Virus record (IMG/VR): IMGVR_UViG_3300043444_000221
Coordinates: 16,321 to 80,320 of that record
Source of the DNA: a virus
DNA length: 64,000 bases
Strand: one strand, 5' to 3'
Shown: positions 23,247 to 33,193 of the stretch, piece after piece
How the letters are laid out: each line of letters starts with the position of its first letter
Position numbering within the stretch: position 1 is the stretch's first letter
Made by a program: the position numbers and the translations under genes
Notes under the pieces: model-generated
Seen by the model: only the letters and a program-made list of their open reading frames with translations
Database searches by the model: none
Told to the model about the DNA's origin: nothing

Positions 23247-23456
23247 ATGAACATTAAGTCACTAGACAAGATGGAATCAATTGTAAAATCAAACAAGTCA
23301 CTAAGCTGGCGTGGTTGGGACGTGGTCAATATCATTCCTAATCCAACTGCATGGTCAAAGCCAAATGGTGCGTTTGTCCGTGGTCGCTGGTATATTAAGC
23401 AGGTGTTCCCAGTAACCGAAAATGGATGGGATATTCCAGACAGATTTGTGAGGTAG
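23247..23456 (+). CDS. Hypothetical protein
   Basis: ORF directly upstream of whiB. Confidence 0.65.
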   Translation: MNIKSLDKMESIVKSNKSLSWRGWDVVNIIPNPTAWSKPNGAFVRGRWYIKQVFPVTENGWDIPDRFVR

Positions 23457-23459
23457 TCT

Positions 23460-23747
23460 ATGGCAAGAGCTAAAGACGAATGGATAGAAAAAGCTAGATG
23501 CAAAAACTTTGATACTAATCTATTTTTTGATACATATGAGGAAGACCTAGAGATCCGTGAGGATGTTGATACGCTTTGCTCAATGTGTCCAGTTGCACGT
23601 CATTGCTTTGCTGTTGGAGTATCGCAAAAAGGCTGGGGTGTCTGGGGAGGAATCTATCTGGAAGATGGAGAGATCTCTCGTGAGTTTAATAGACACAAGA
23701 ATAAGGCCAAGTGGGCTGCAACCTGGAAGTATTTGACGGTAGATTAA
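23460..23747 (+). CDS. whiB: WhiB-family transcription factor
   Basis: W...A.C, LFF, C..CPV...C, GVWGG. Confidence 0.9.
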   Translation: MARAKDEWIEKARCKNFDTNLFFDTYEEDLEIREDVDTLCSMCPVARHCFAVGVSQKGWGVWGGIYLEDGEISREFNRHKNKAKWAATWKYLTVD

Positions 23748-23748
23748 A

Positions 23749-23991
23749 GTGTATACAGATTCAATGAAGACAGCATTTAGATCGCTGGCACATTATGCAC
23801 CAAAGGGATTTAAGGTAACCATTATAGACAATGACACCTTTATCACTGTAAAGGCAAATGAGCCAGATTTTATGAAACTACTTGACGAAGACAAGCGTCG
23901 TGCTGTAGAATATATGGTAAGGGTCAAGAAGGCCTTAGAAGATAATGGAGCTATCGTACTACTGGTACGAGAGGGTGGAAAGGACATATAG
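23749..23991 (+). CDS. Hypothetical protein
   Basis: Coupled ORF. Confidence 0.65.
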   Translation: MYTDSMKTAFRSLAHYAPKGFKVTIIDNDTFITVKANEPDFMKLLDEDKRRAVEYMVRVKKALEDNGAIVLLVREGGKDI

Positions 23992-24485
23992 TGCAAACTT
24001 TTTTGCCGTCCAAAGATTTTGATACTGCTGCTAACATGCTTGACTCAAAGCGATTGAACAAGCAGATTCTTGAAGCATATCAAATTCTCAAGGTGCTATC
24101 AAACAATGATCCAAAAGCAGCATGGCGTAATCATCCTGCAGTAAAGATGTGGCGTGGACATGAGCATGGGCTGTTTGTCTATGCACTTGCCATGGTTAAG
24201 GAAGCTAAGAGTCGTGGCATCAAAACAGATAAGAACATGGATAATCTGGTATCACTTCGTGTCATGCATCTAAAAAACTGGGGACATGGGATGCCAACAT
24301 GGTATCAAAATTCTGAAGAAATGCATAGGATTACCGTGACGCATCGTGCACGACTAAGTGTTAAAGATCCAATCTATTATGCACATTTCTTCATGTTCCG
24401 CAACCATGCTGACAATACACCATGCTGTGAAACCTGTCAGTACTATTGGCCAACACATGTATCAGATCGAAAGGTTGTAAAATGA
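23991..24485 (+). CDS. Pyrimidine-dimer DNA glycosylase family (MSMEG_6728-like)
   Basis: MQTFLP..DF...A..LD.KRL.KQ..E..QIL, W.NHPAVKMWRG. Confidence 0.85.
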   Translation: MQTFLPSKDFDTAANMLDSKRLNKQILEAYQILKVLSNNDPKAAWRNHPAVKMWRGHEHGLFVYALAMVKEAKSRGIKTDKNMDNLVSLRVMHLKNWGHGMPTWYQNSEEMHRITVTHRARLSVKDPIYYAHFFMFRNHADNTPCCETCQYYWPTHVSDRKVVK

Positions 24486-24901
24486 TTGAAACAATTATAA
24501 TTGCAATTCAGTCTATACTACTTATCGTTGCACTTTATGGATGGATCTTTCTTAAGAAAACTCAGGTAAACTTGGTACTTAAGCTAACTCAGTCACAGCT
24601 TGACCAAAACATGTTGCAGCAAAAGTTGGCACAAATAAATGAAGACAAAAGACTTCTTGAGTCAGAAGAGTTTATGCAATTCTTGACATCAAGCAGAGAA
24701 TATGCTTTTGAGTATATTGAGGCAGTGCAAGAGGCTATTTCAGAATATAACAGTGTGGTTGAGCCAATCCTAAACTATCACAAAAATTATGGTATGGCTT
24801 TTGGAATGGACAGTGTTCCATTCCGAAACCTTGAGGATATCTCAAAGGCACATGAAGCATTGATGGAAATAATGCCATCTGAACCAAATAAACTAAACTA
24901 A
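24482..24901 (+). CDS. Membrane-anchored coiled-coil protein
   Basis: N-terminal TM, FL..SREYAFEYIE. Confidence 0.65.
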   Translation: MIETIIIAIQSILLIVALYGWIFLKKTQVNLVLKLTQSQLDQNMLQQKLAQINEDKRLLESEEFMQFLTSSREYAFEYIEAVQEAISEYNSVVEPILNYHKNYGMAFGMDSVPFRNLEDISKAHEALMEIMPSEPNKLN

Positions 24902-24909
24902 GGAATATA

Positions 24910-25068
24910 ATGAGAGACATTTTCTTTTCAGTTTTAACTGGCTTTATCTGTGGTGTAGCATTTGCTGCATTTAGATTGCCAGTTCCTGCACCACCAGTAT
25001 TTGCTGGGGTAGCAGGCATTATTGGCCTATGGGCTGGTTATGCTATACTAATAAAGGTAATATCCTAG
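24910..25068 (+). CDS. XapX/DUF1427-like small membrane protein (not in track)
   Basis: G...G..FA..RLPVPAPPVFAGVAGIIGLW.GY. Confidence 0.75.
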   Translation: MRDIFFSVLTGFICGVAFAAFRLPVPAPPVFAGVAGIIGLWAGYAILIKVIS

Positions 25069-25077
25069 GAGGAAACC

Positions 25078-25368
25078 ATGAATGAACAACTAAAGGCAAT
25101 GCTTGCATCATACGGACGCTCAGTCCTTGGTGCTGCATCAACACTATATCTTGCTGGCGTAACTGATCCAGCAGATCTTGTTTGGTCACTTGTAGGTGCT
25201 ATTGCACCAGTAGTAATTCGCTACGTCAATCCAAACGACCCAGCATTTGGTCGTGCACCAAAGGTGGAAGAGGTTGAGGTTGCTCTCGCTACAGCAAAGC
25301 CAAAGAAGGCTCCTGTAAAGAAGGCACCTGCTAAGAAGGCTCCAGCAAAGAAGCCAGCTAGCAAGTAA
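25078..25368 (+). CDS. Holin-like membrane protein with KKAPAKK tail
   Basis: LASYGRS, NPNDPAFG, basic repeat tail; GGAGG RBS. Confidence 0.6.
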   Translation: MNEQLKAMLASYGRSVLGAASTLYLAGVTDPADLVWSLVGAIAPVVIRYVNPNDPAFGRAPKVEEVEVALATAKPKKAPVKKAPAKKAPAKKPASK

Positions 25369-25479
25369 ACCTAATATAGATTTGGCAGGCTGCAAATTGT
25401 GGCCTGCCTTTTCTTATGCTATAATTATTATGCCTGCCATTTGGGGGCAATTAACTCGCTTAATAAAGGAGATGATACT

Positions 25480-25866
25480 ATGGTTATTAACACACCATTC
25501 GCAGGACTTGGTCTAGATATTGACAAGTTCTTTGCACTAAATACAACTACCCCAGCATACCCACCATATAACGTTGTCAAGATTCATGACGATAAGGTTG
25601 TACTTGAGTTTGCGGTTGCTGGATTCAAGAAGGACGACATCAGTATTGTAACTGAAAAGAATGTCCTATCAATCAAGGGTGAGAAGCAGGTTGATGAGCG
25701 TACATACCTACACAAGGGTATTGCTGCTCGCAAGTTTGCAAGATCATTCACACTACCAGAATATTTTGAGGTAGAATCGGCAGGATATGAGGATGGCATT
25801 CTTTATATTGATTTGATCCGCAATATCCCAGAAGAAAAGAAACCAAAGCAGATTAGTATTAACTAA
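25480..25866 (+). CDS. Small heat-shock protein Hsp20
   Basis: YPPYNV, AVAGF, YLHKGIA.R.F.RSF.L, A.YEDGIL.I. Confidence 0.92.
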   Translation: MVINTPFAGLGLDIDKFFALNTTTPAYPPYNVVKIHDDKVVLEFAVAGFKKDDISIVTEKNVLSIKGEKQVDERTYLHKGIAARKFARSFTLPEYFEVESAGYEDGILYIDLIRNIPEEKKPKQISIN

Positions 25867-25870
25867 TCAA

Positions 25871-25898
25871 AAGCCCTGGGCATGGCTTAAAACTGCCC
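25871..25898 (+). ncRNA. Post-stop H-type pseudoknot motif, copy 1
   Basis: AAGCC-CTGGGCAT-GGCTT-AAAAC-TGCCC. Confidence 0.65.
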
Positions 25899-25919
25899 AC
25901 ACTATGCTATAATAATCCT

Positions 25920-26201
25920 ATGACTCAGCATGCACTAGTAACCCTTTCAAGCTCTACAGCTACCAGGCTAACCCCTAATGGAATACATTCAGGACTAGAT
26001 ATAACTCTTCAGAATGTAGACGATGTAGCATATGTTTATATTGGAGGAGAGGGAGTTACCAGATTAAATTATGGATATCGTATTGCCCCTGGTCATGCAA
26101 TATCTTGGGAGCTTCCAGGAAATGATTCTCTTTATGCAATCACAGATACTAACCTATCCAAGCTAGCAATTTTAAAAACAAGTCTTGAGAGTGGAAGTTA
26201 A
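25920..26201 (+). CDS. Hypothetical beta-rich protein
   Basis: Leaderless after TATAAT. Confidence 0.65.
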   Translation: MTQHALVTLSSSTATRLTPNGIHSGLDITLQNVDDVAYVYIGGEGVTRLNYGYRIAPGHAISWELPGNDSLYAITDTNLSKLAILKTSLESGS

Positions 26202-26716
26202 TGTCAAGATTTACTAATCATACAGATGGAACACCAGGACCACAGGGCCCTGCTGGCGAACCTGGATACGGAGCACTTACTAGATGGTCACCAAATTTTA
26301 AGGCAACTGGACTTTCTTTTACTGGAACAGGAAGCTCTTACCCAACATACAACTCTTATTATGCTAAAAATGGTCACATAGTTAGTTTTTGGATTGAAAT
26401 TGATCTAGATACTGTTACTAATTTTGGAACTGGTCAGTACATAACAGAGTTGCCCTTTATGCCAATTGCTGGCTCAATGAATCACTTTTCTGGCTGGGCA
26501 CTCGTTGATCCAACACAAAACCCAGATCTCGCAGGGCATATTATTCTTAATGCAGACCACCTTGTAAATACAAAAGACCTTGATCTTCACTACATAAAGC
26601 AAGCAGGCGGATCAAAAACTGCTATTATGGAAGCAATGTTTACCCAAGATAATCCAGTAACTCTAACTACAGATACAACCATTTATATCAATGGAACATA
26701 TCTTACTAATGAATAG
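26201..26716 (+). CDS. Short collagen repeat plus fibre-like domain; paralog of 57902..58615
   Basis: GTPGPQGPAGEPG; shared NFGTG.Y...LPF.P. Confidence 0.65.
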   Translation: MSRFTNHTDGTPGPQGPAGEPGYGALTRWSPNFKATGLSFTGTGSSYPTYNSYYAKNGHIVSFWIEIDLDTVTNFGTGQYITELPFMPIAGSMNHFSGWALVDPTQNPDLAGHIILNADHLVNTKDLDLHYIKQAGGSKTAIMEAMFTQDNPVTLTTDTTIYINGTYLTNE

Positions 26717-26730
26717 GATATAATATAGTT

Positions 26731-27180
26731 ATGAATGAAATAATTAATACACTCAAAAGGCTACTTGCAGACAACATTGCTCTCAAGTTCAAAGCACATG
26801 GATATCATTGGAATGTAGAGGGTGATGACTTCAAACAATTCCATGATTTTTTCGGGGATATTTATGAAAGCTATGATTCTGCAACAGATACATATGCAGA
26901 ATGGCTAAGAATATTTAAAGAATACGCTCCATATAGATTGGCAGATTTCTTTGATGCCTCCTCTATTGGTGAGCCATCTATTGTGGGTGACCCACAGCCC
27001 ATGTTGGCTGACCTTTACTTATCTATTGAAAAGCACATTGCAGACTTAATTGTTGCAGGCAAAGCTGCTACTGCAGCAAATGAGTTTGGATTAGCAAACT
27101 TCTTTGCAGATCGTCAAACTATTTCTCAAAAGTTCTGCTGGCAGATTCGTGCAAGTATCGAAGCTGAGGAGATGGACTAA
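26731..27180 (+). CDS. dps: Dps/ferritin-like protein
   Basis: K.HGYHWNVEG..F...H.FF..IY, D..AE..R. Confidence 0.88.
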   Translation: MNEIINTLKRLLADNIALKFKAHGYHWNVEGDDFKQFHDFFGDIYESYDSATDTYAEWLRIFKEYAPYRLADFFDASSIGEPSIVGDPQPMLADLYLSIEKHIADLIVAGKAATAANEFGLANFFADRQTISQKFCWQIRASIEAEEMD

Positions 27181-27851
27181 TGCCATATCATGTTGGAGAA
27201 AAAGGATCTTACGGTTGTAACGGATACCCTGCACTAAAAGATGACGGAACAGTAATGGGATGTCATGACACCAAAGAACAGGCAGCAGCCCAAATTTATG
27301 CAATTAATCAGTCTGAAGGCAATATAGATAAGCAGTCCCCATGTTGGGATGGATATGTTCAGCGTGGTATGAAGCCAAAGAATGGAAAAATGGTTCCAAA
27401 CTGTGTACCTGCTGCCAAGGCTGATGACCTGTGGGAAGATGACGATGATGTTATTTATGATAATGACTCTATGTCAAAGGCAGATGGCTACTCTCCACCA
27501 GCAGGGGCTAGAGCAGCAGCTCGTAAAGCAATTAAGTTTAAGGAAGATGGCAAAGCAGGTGGTGCAGGCACAGCAGTTGGCTGGACACGTGCACGTCAGC
27601 TGGCAAATGGTGAAAGCCTATCTCTAAGTACTGTAAAGCGTATGTACTCATACTTCTCACGCCATGAAGTAGACAAAAAGGGTAAGGACTGGGCTAACCA
27701 GGCTAATCCATCTAATGGCTACATTATGTGGCTTGCCTGGGGTGGAGATGCAGGATACTCTTGGTCTCGCAGAATTGTAGAGAGCGAAAAGAATAAATCT
27801 TTGTTTGCTGACTTTGGTAAAGATTATACAAAGTCAACAAGAGTGCTATAA
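27180..27851 (+). CDS. Hypothetical phage protein
   Basis: GCH.TK..A..Q, CWDGY....MK, GT.VGW.RA.QL, WGGDAG. Confidence 0.7.
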   Translation: MPYHVGEKGSYGCNGYPALKDDGTVMGCHDTKEQAAAQIYAINQSEGNIDKQSPCWDGYVQRGMKPKNGKMVPNCVPAAKADDLWEDDDDVIYDNDSMSKADGYSPPAGARAAARKAIKFKEDGKAGGAGTAVGWTRARQLANGESLSLSTVKRMYSYFSRHEVDKKGKDWANQANPSNGYIMWLAWGGDAGYSWSRRIVESEKNKSLFADFGKDYTKSTRVL

Positions 27852-27858
27852 TAATATT

Positions 27859-27945
27859 GTCCCTCATACAGGCATCGCTCTTAGGATGGATTAGTTACCT
27901 ATTTTATGACCGTGGCCTATTGCAGGTTGATCCTGTATGGGGGAT
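27859..27945 (+). ncRNA. Putative ~85-nt structured RNA
   Basis: Begins 6 nt after TATAAT; long closing stem CCCTCATACAGG/CCTGTATGGGGG with internal hairpin. Confidence 0.45.
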
Positions 27946-28715
27946 TACTTAATTCCCAAATCACGCTGTCTTTTATCAAATGCCTCCAATGCCTTGGCAT
28001 AGTCATCTTCAAGCTTTGATGTAAGGTGAAACTTCTTGACCATCTCTTTGATTATGTAGTATTCCTCTGGCTTTTCTACTGGAAATGCATTTGCTGCACC
28101 ACTGGAAAAGTTGATATCACTCTTAGCACGTTCAATGTGGTGTGCCAAATGCTGATCAATTTGTTCCTGTGTCTTCAAAATACACTCTCCAGTGCCACCA
28201 GAAAGCCTGTAGAGGTGTGGAAGAACATTTGGCAGGTCTTCTGTTACCTGCTCAAATGTAAATGGCACTATGCGGTCTATAGCAATCATTGAGCCATAGG
28301 TATAGCCCTCCCACATCCTAGATTCCTGATACATGGACTCACGGATATACTCTTCCTTTCTTTCACGGAAGAATGCCATATTGCCATCAACAATCTCTGG
28401 TCTTCCAGCAATCGTTGAGCTTCCAAATCCATACGATGTCTTAAGTATTTGAGATGTAATGGCATCAACTGGGTCTCTAAGTACAGTAGTCATTGTTACA
28501 CCAGGCAATTCTGCACGGAATAGAAGTGGTTCATGACATAGAATAACCCAGTTATCCATCTGACTCCATTCACCTGCCACACGTGGATCTAAATGGTCAC
28601 GTAGGTTATGACCGTACATGTCTCTAATTAGATCAAAAAAGAAAAAGCCACCAGTTCTTGGCATGGTGTTAAGAATAATTTTATACACGAGGTTCCCTTC
28701 TAGTGTGTGGATCAT
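27945..28715 (-). CDS. Sulfotransferase-like P-loop protein
   Basis: PRTGG (5'PSB-like) and LRDPVDAITS (3'PB-like). Confidence 0.55.
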   Translation of the reverse strand: MIHTLEGNLVYKIILNTMPRTGGFFFFDLIRDMYGHNLRDHLDPRVAGEWSQMDNWVILCHEPLLFRAELPGVTMTTVLRDPVDAITSQILKTSYGFGSSTIAGRPEIVDGNMAFFRERKEEYIRESMYQESRMWEGYTYGSMIAIDRIVPFTFEQVTEDLPNVLPHLYRLSGGTGECILKTQEQIDQHLAHHIERAKSDINFSSGAANAFPVEKPEEYYIIKEMVKKFHLTSKLEDDYAKALEAFDKRQRDLGIK

Positions 28716-29775
28716 TAATGATGCTATCTGTATCTGTTATGCCAGTTAGTTGAGTTATAGTTTTACTAAAAATCTCATCAGTTATAATTATAGCATTATC
28801 CATATCTATCTGTGGGTCTCTGGTAATTTCCAGTGTAAATGGGTTATATCCGATAAAGTCTATAAAATCCTCTACAGATCTTTCCCTGAAGGCACCAAAA
28901 TCTTTATTATGCCTTATTTCTGGGTCAGTAAATATCTTTTTAAACTTATCATATGACTCTAAATTTGCTGCCCTAATTCTAGCCTGTTGCTCTGGCCTAT
29001 CCCACCTAATATGTCTAACAAACTTATCACTTCTTTCACTTGGATTCCAGTAGTTAAAGTTATTGGTATATAGGTGTATTGGGGACACTACTTCATATCC
29101 TGCAGTCCAAGCACGAAGCATAGAAAGCTGTTGCTCAAAGCACTGTGCCATATTTTTCGCAAATGGGACTTCCCTGATATAGTCTGAATATGAAAATACC
29201 ATATTTCCGTTATAAAAGTTTTCTTTGATCATTAGGTTGTTTGGTTTTGCAACCACCAAGCCATTAAGAGCGATTGGCTCTGGGAAGTCTAGAGTCTTTC
29301 CAATTACCTCCCACTCACCCATGTCTGGGTATGAAGTTAGTGGGTCAGCAATCAGCTCATCCTTCCAGCTATCAAAATAAATAGTTTGAGAATTTATTAT
29401 GCTCTTGCCAAAAACTATGTTGGCTATCAAAAGCTCTGCCTCAAGCATTACGTCCCAATTTTTTCTAAACTTTGTGTGACAGTCTACTTGCATATAGTAA
29501 GCTTCGTCAGTCATAAACTCATCAATGATCATCTGCTTAATGTCGCATAAATAGTCTGGTGCATCATCTCCATGCACCTTCTTAATGTTGATATTAGCAT
29601 CTGGAAGTTTATCTTGAATAGAGTCAACCATCCAGTCATCTTCTGGGTAGCCTTGGAACAACACACCAAATACAAGTCTATCTTTATTATAGGCTTGATC
29701 ATATGCTGACTTTATTGTTTCATAAACAAATGGATCTCTCCAGCTTGGCATTGATACAAAAATCTTATTAGTCAT
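28681..29775 (-). CDS. GT60-like glycosyltransferase
   Basis: KIFVSMPSWRDP, YYMQVDCHTKF.KNWD, EQ....LRAWTAGYE. Confidence 0.75.
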   Translation of the reverse strand: MTNKIFVSMPSWRDPFVYETIKSAYDQAYNKDRLVFGVLFQGYPEDDWMVDSIQDKLPDANINIKKVHGDDAPDYLCDIKQMIIDEFMTDEAYYMQVDCHTKFRKNWDVMLEAELLIANIVFGKSIINSQTIYFDSWKDELIADPLTSYPDMGEWEVIGKTLDFPEPIALNGLVVAKPNNLMIKENFYNGNMVFSYSDYIREVPFAKNMAQCFEQQLSMLRAWTAGYEVVSPIHLYTNNFNYWNPSERSDKFVRHIRWDRPEQQARIRAANLESYDKFKKIFTDPEIRHNKDFGAFRERSVEDFIDFIGYNPFTLEITRDPQIDMDNAIIITDEIFSKTITQLTGITDTDSIINDPHTRREPRV

Positions 29776-30010
29776 TATTGTTTCTTTCATATTCACGTTG
29801 CTTGTGGCAATTTGCACAGACAACATCACACTTCTTTACCTCTTTCCAGGCTGCATCTTTTCCATATTTTCGAAGAACACGATAAACTAAGTCTATCTTC
29901 TTTGCTCCTGGACGATGGTCAAACTCAAGTATGTAGTGAGGGTAGTGGACCTTGCAATCCTTGCACCCCATCTTCTCTTTATACGCCTGAAATTGAGAGT
30001 ATTGATTCAT
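29768..30010 (-). CDS. Small HNH-type protein
   Basis: CKDC, LEFDH, KCDVVCANCH. Confidence 0.75.
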   Translation of the reverse strand: MNQYSQFQAYKEKMGCKDCKVHYPHYILEFDHRPGAKKIDLVYRVLRKYGKDAAWKEVKKCDVVCANCHKQREYERNNND

Positions 30011-30046
30011 TACATATATTATAGCAAATAGAGGTATAATATTATT

Positions 30047-30271
30047 ATGAATCTTGAAGCTTTCGACTATGATTTAGACGAAAGGCATGCCCTGCTTTTA
30101 CAAAGAATTGATGACATTACATCAGAGATCTATTCTATTGGGGCATATGAAGAAAGAAAAGCCATCTTTGACCACATGCGTAAACTTATTCAAGATAAAG
30201 ATGTTGCTGGCGATATGATTGCTGTAGAAGTTCTTTGCTGGACACTTGACCAGCTTGCCTCAGAAGGCTAA
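30047..30271 (+). CDS. Hypothetical protein
   Basis: Leaderless after TATAAT. Confidence 0.6.
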   Translation: MNLEAFDYDLDERHALLLQRIDDITSEIYSIGAYEERKAIFDHMRKLIQDKDVAGDMIAVEVLCWTLDQLASEG

Positions 30272-30315
30272 ATCTGGTATAATTAAATTCTTAATCATAA
30301 GAAAAGAGAAACTTA

Positions 30316-31209
30316 GTGATACTAGTAACAGGTGGTGCAGGCTTCGTTGGCTCCCACCTAGTTGATAAGTTAATTGATCTTGGTTATCATGTTCGTGTAA
30401 TTGATGATGAATCTGCAACAGAAAACAAAAAGTTCTATTGGAATCCGAAGGCAGAAAATTACAAGCTTGATATTTTAGACTATGAATCTACACGAAAACT
30501 ATATGATAATGTTAAAATAGTTTATCATTTTGCAGCTAGATCAAGAATTCAGCCATCAGTTATAAATCCAGGCAATACTCTCAATACAAATGTTTTAGGA
30601 ACATTCAATGTTCTAAAATGTGCATCAGAGGCTGGGGTAGATAGACTAATATTTTCTTCATCGTCATCTGTTTATGGAAATAACCCTCCACCAAACATAG
30701 AGACTCAAAGCCCAGATTGTCTCACAGTGTATTCTGCAAGCAAGTTGGTTGGTGAAAACCTTTGTTTTAGCTTCAATATGATGTCTAAAATTAAGACACT
30801 ATCCCTGAGATTTTTTAATGTCTATGGAGATAGACAGCCAACGGTTGGGGAATATGCAACAGTGATTGGTAAGTTTATTGAACAGAAAAATGCTGGCAAT
30901 CCATTAACAATTGTTGGTGATGGAGAACAGCTGAGAAGCTTTACAAATATATCTGACATTGTAGAGGCATGTCTACTAGCTGGAATGCTTGATGTTGAGG
31001 GTCATAATTTTGGAAAGTCATACAATGTTGGTTTTGAAAAAGAGTACAAAATAAAAGATATTGCAGGTATGATATCTGATAATTACATTCACATACCAAA
31101 AAGGGTTGGTGAATCTAATGCGACGATAGCAGACTCTTCTAGGTTCAAACATGTATTCGGCTGGAAACCTACAGTATATCTAGAAGACTGGATACGAAAT
31201 AATGTCTAA
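30316..31209 (+). CDS. NAD-dependent sugar epimerase/dehydratase
   Basis: TGGAGFVG, SSSSVYG, YSASK, RFFNVYG. Confidence 0.9.
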   Translation: MILVTGGAGFVGSHLVDKLIDLGYHVRVIDDESATENKKFYWNPKAENYKLDILDYESTRKLYDNVKIVYHFAARSRIQPSVINPGNTLNTNVLGTFNVLKCASEAGVDRLIFSSSSSVYGNNPPPNIETQSPDCLTVYSASKLVGENLCFSFNMMSKIKTLSLRFFNVYGDRQPTVGEYATVIGKFIEQKNAGNPLTIVGDGEQLRSFTNISDIVEACLLAGMLDVEGHNFGKSYNVGFEKEYKIKDIAGMISDNYIHIPKRVGESNATIADSSRFKHVFGWKPTVYLEDWIRNNV

Positions 31210-31954
31210 CATTCTTATCATTGGTAGGGGAAATGTGGGGCTAGCAACTGAGCGTAGCATGCCACTGTTAAATGCAGACTTTCATGATCCATACAAAGGT
31301 TTTATCGCAAACAATCCAAATACATATGAGTATGCAATAGTCTGCGTTGACACACTTCAGTCTGGACCAGATGATTACAAAGACTTAGACAGTGTGATTG
31401 AGTATCTAAACAATTACTCTGGCACTGTGGTAATTAGAAGCACAATATCTCCAGATAAAGCATTGGAAATTAACTCTAAGCTTTCTGGCCCTCTTGTTAT
31501 GTTTCCTGAATTTATGGACCATAAGGATTTTAAAAATGGTACTGACTCATCTTCCAGAATTGTGTTAGGTGGTAGTCACGATACAACAAAAGACTTCTTT
31601 AAAACAATATCTAATTATGGCTATGATACAAATAAAGAAAAATTCTTTGTATCTATTGAAGAGGCATGCATAATTAAACTTTCTTCTAATGCAGCACTTG
31701 CTACCAAAGTTATTTTGTTTAACTCTATATATAAAATTTGTCAGGGGTATGGGGTATCATATGATGAAGTCAGAAAAGCAATTGGCATAGATAGTAGAAT
31801 TGGTATTGGTCACACTCTTGCTCCAAGTCCAGATGATGGAATGCTTGGCTTTGGTGGTCATTGCTTACCCAAAGACATAAAAGCTATTGCAAAAATGGAC
31901 AAATTGGGACTTTTTGAACATATAGAAAAAATTAACCACGATCTTGGCAGGTAG
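31202..31954 (+). CDS. UDP-glucose/GDP-mannose dehydrogenase family
   Basis: G.G.VG, RST..P, PEF, K...N..LA.K, GFGGHCLPKD. Confidence 0.85.
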   Translation: MSNILIIGRGNVGLATERSMPLLNADFHDPYKGFIANNPNTYEYAIVCVDTLQSGPDDYKDLDSVIEYLNNYSGTVVIRSTISPDKALEINSKLSGPLVMFPEFMDHKDFKNGTDSSSRIVLGGSHDTTKDFFKTISNYGYDTNKEKFFVSIEEACIIKLSSNAALATKVILFNSIYKICQGYGVSYDEVRKAIGIDSRIGIGHTLAPSPDDGMLGFGGHCLPKDIKAIAKMDKLGLFEHIEKINHDLGR

Positions 31955-32064
31955 TCCAAATTGTGGTACAATATATAAACTTTGTTACAAAAACGTAATA
32001 ATTCAAACAAGAAATCGTCTAATACAATTGTATAATTGTATTTATACAACTAAAGGAGATATTT

Positions 32065-32286
32065 ATGACTACGGTTTATTCAAAACCAGCTTGTGTCCAG
32101 TGTGACATGACAAAGAAAATGCTAGATAAGAATGGTATTGAATATACTGTGATAGATATCACAGAGGATGTCCAGGCCTATGACAAGATTGTTTCTATGG
32201 GATTCATGTCTGTGCCTGTTGTTATTTCTGGCGACCAGGCATGGGCAGGTTTTCAGCCAGACAAAATTAATGCTCTTGCAGCTTGA
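32065..32286 (+). CDS. nrdH: Glutaredoxin-like NrdH
   Basis: YSKPACVQC..TK, PVV, W.GF.PDKI. Confidence 0.92.
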   Translation: MTTVYSKPACVQCDMTKKMLDKNGIEYTVIDITEDVQAYDKIVSMGFMSVPVVISGDQAWAGFQPDKINALAA

Positions 32287-32337
32287 CTTATAAAGCCATC
32301 GTTGGTATAATTTATAACATAGAGAAATGGGTATGCT

Positions 32338-32499
32338 ATGAATTGGCATTTAATTTGGGAAATGCTTTCTGATCCAAACCATATTATTGTAGACTTTTTT
32401 TGGAATACAATATATGAGTTGACAGTTGCAGTTATTTCATATAAAGTTATAGTTAAGAAATTGGAAAAGAGATTTAAAAATAATGACAGACAAAATTAA
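32338..32499 (+). CDS. Small membrane protein (not in track)
   Basis: MNWHLIWEMLSDPNHIIVDFFWN...; resembles 33476..33643. Confidence 0.55.
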   Translation: MNWHLIWEMLSDPNHIIVDFFWNTIYELTVAVISYKVIVKKLEKRFKNNDRQN

Positions 32500-33193
32500 G
32501 GTATTGGATGAAGGTTACGTCAGACTGGTTGATACTCTTGGAGATGACCTTAGCATTGTTAACGCTGCTCGTGTTAGTTATGATAAGGAAAGTGACGAAT
32601 TCTCTCAACGAGATACAAGACTTATTGAATTCCTTATTAGAGAAGGACACACAAGCCCATTTAGGCACACAGCCCTCACCATGGAGATTTACGCACCGCT
32701 CTTTGTCGCAAGACAGTGGTGGAAATATGCAGTAGCTTCAACACATGTTGATGATCAAAATGGTTGGAACGAATCTTCTAGACGATACATCACAGAAGAT
32801 GAGCAGTTTTATATTCCACTATCAGATGAGTGGCGTAGCAAGCCAGAGAATAGCAAGCAGGGTAGCGGAGAACCAATTGATGAGGAAAAGGGTGCTTGGT
32901 ATTTTGAAAAGCTTGTGCAAACAGTAGCTTCTGGTACTAGCCTATACCATCAAGCAATGGATGACAATATCGCACCAGAGCTTGCTAGACTGTTTTTGCC
33001 AGCGTATGGAATGTACGTGCGTTGGCGTTGGACAGCCTCTCTACAGGCCGTCATGACCTTCCTAGACCAGCGTCTAGAGCATGACGCACAATGGGAAATT
33101 CAGCAGTATGCAAAAGCAGTACGTGACTTGACAAATGGAGCATTTCCACGTACAATGGAACTATACACAAATTTTAAGGAGAATAATGATTAA
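32483..33193 (+). CDS. thyX: Flavin-dependent thymidylate synthase
   Basis: NAARVSY, H.SPF, PLFVARQW, NESSRRY, ELARLFLP, AQWEI. Confidence 0.93.
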   Translation: MTDKIKVLDEGYVRLVDTLGDDLSIVNAARVSYDKESDEFSQRDTRLIEFLIREGHTSPFRHTALTMEIYAPLFVARQWWKYAVASTHVDDQNGWNESSRRYITEDEQFYIPLSDEWRSKPENSKQGSGEPIDEEKGAWYFEKLVQTVASGTSLYHQAMDDNIAPELARLFLPAYGMYVRWRWTASLQAVMTFLDQRLEHDAQWEIQQYAKAVRDLTNGAFPRTMELYTNFKENND

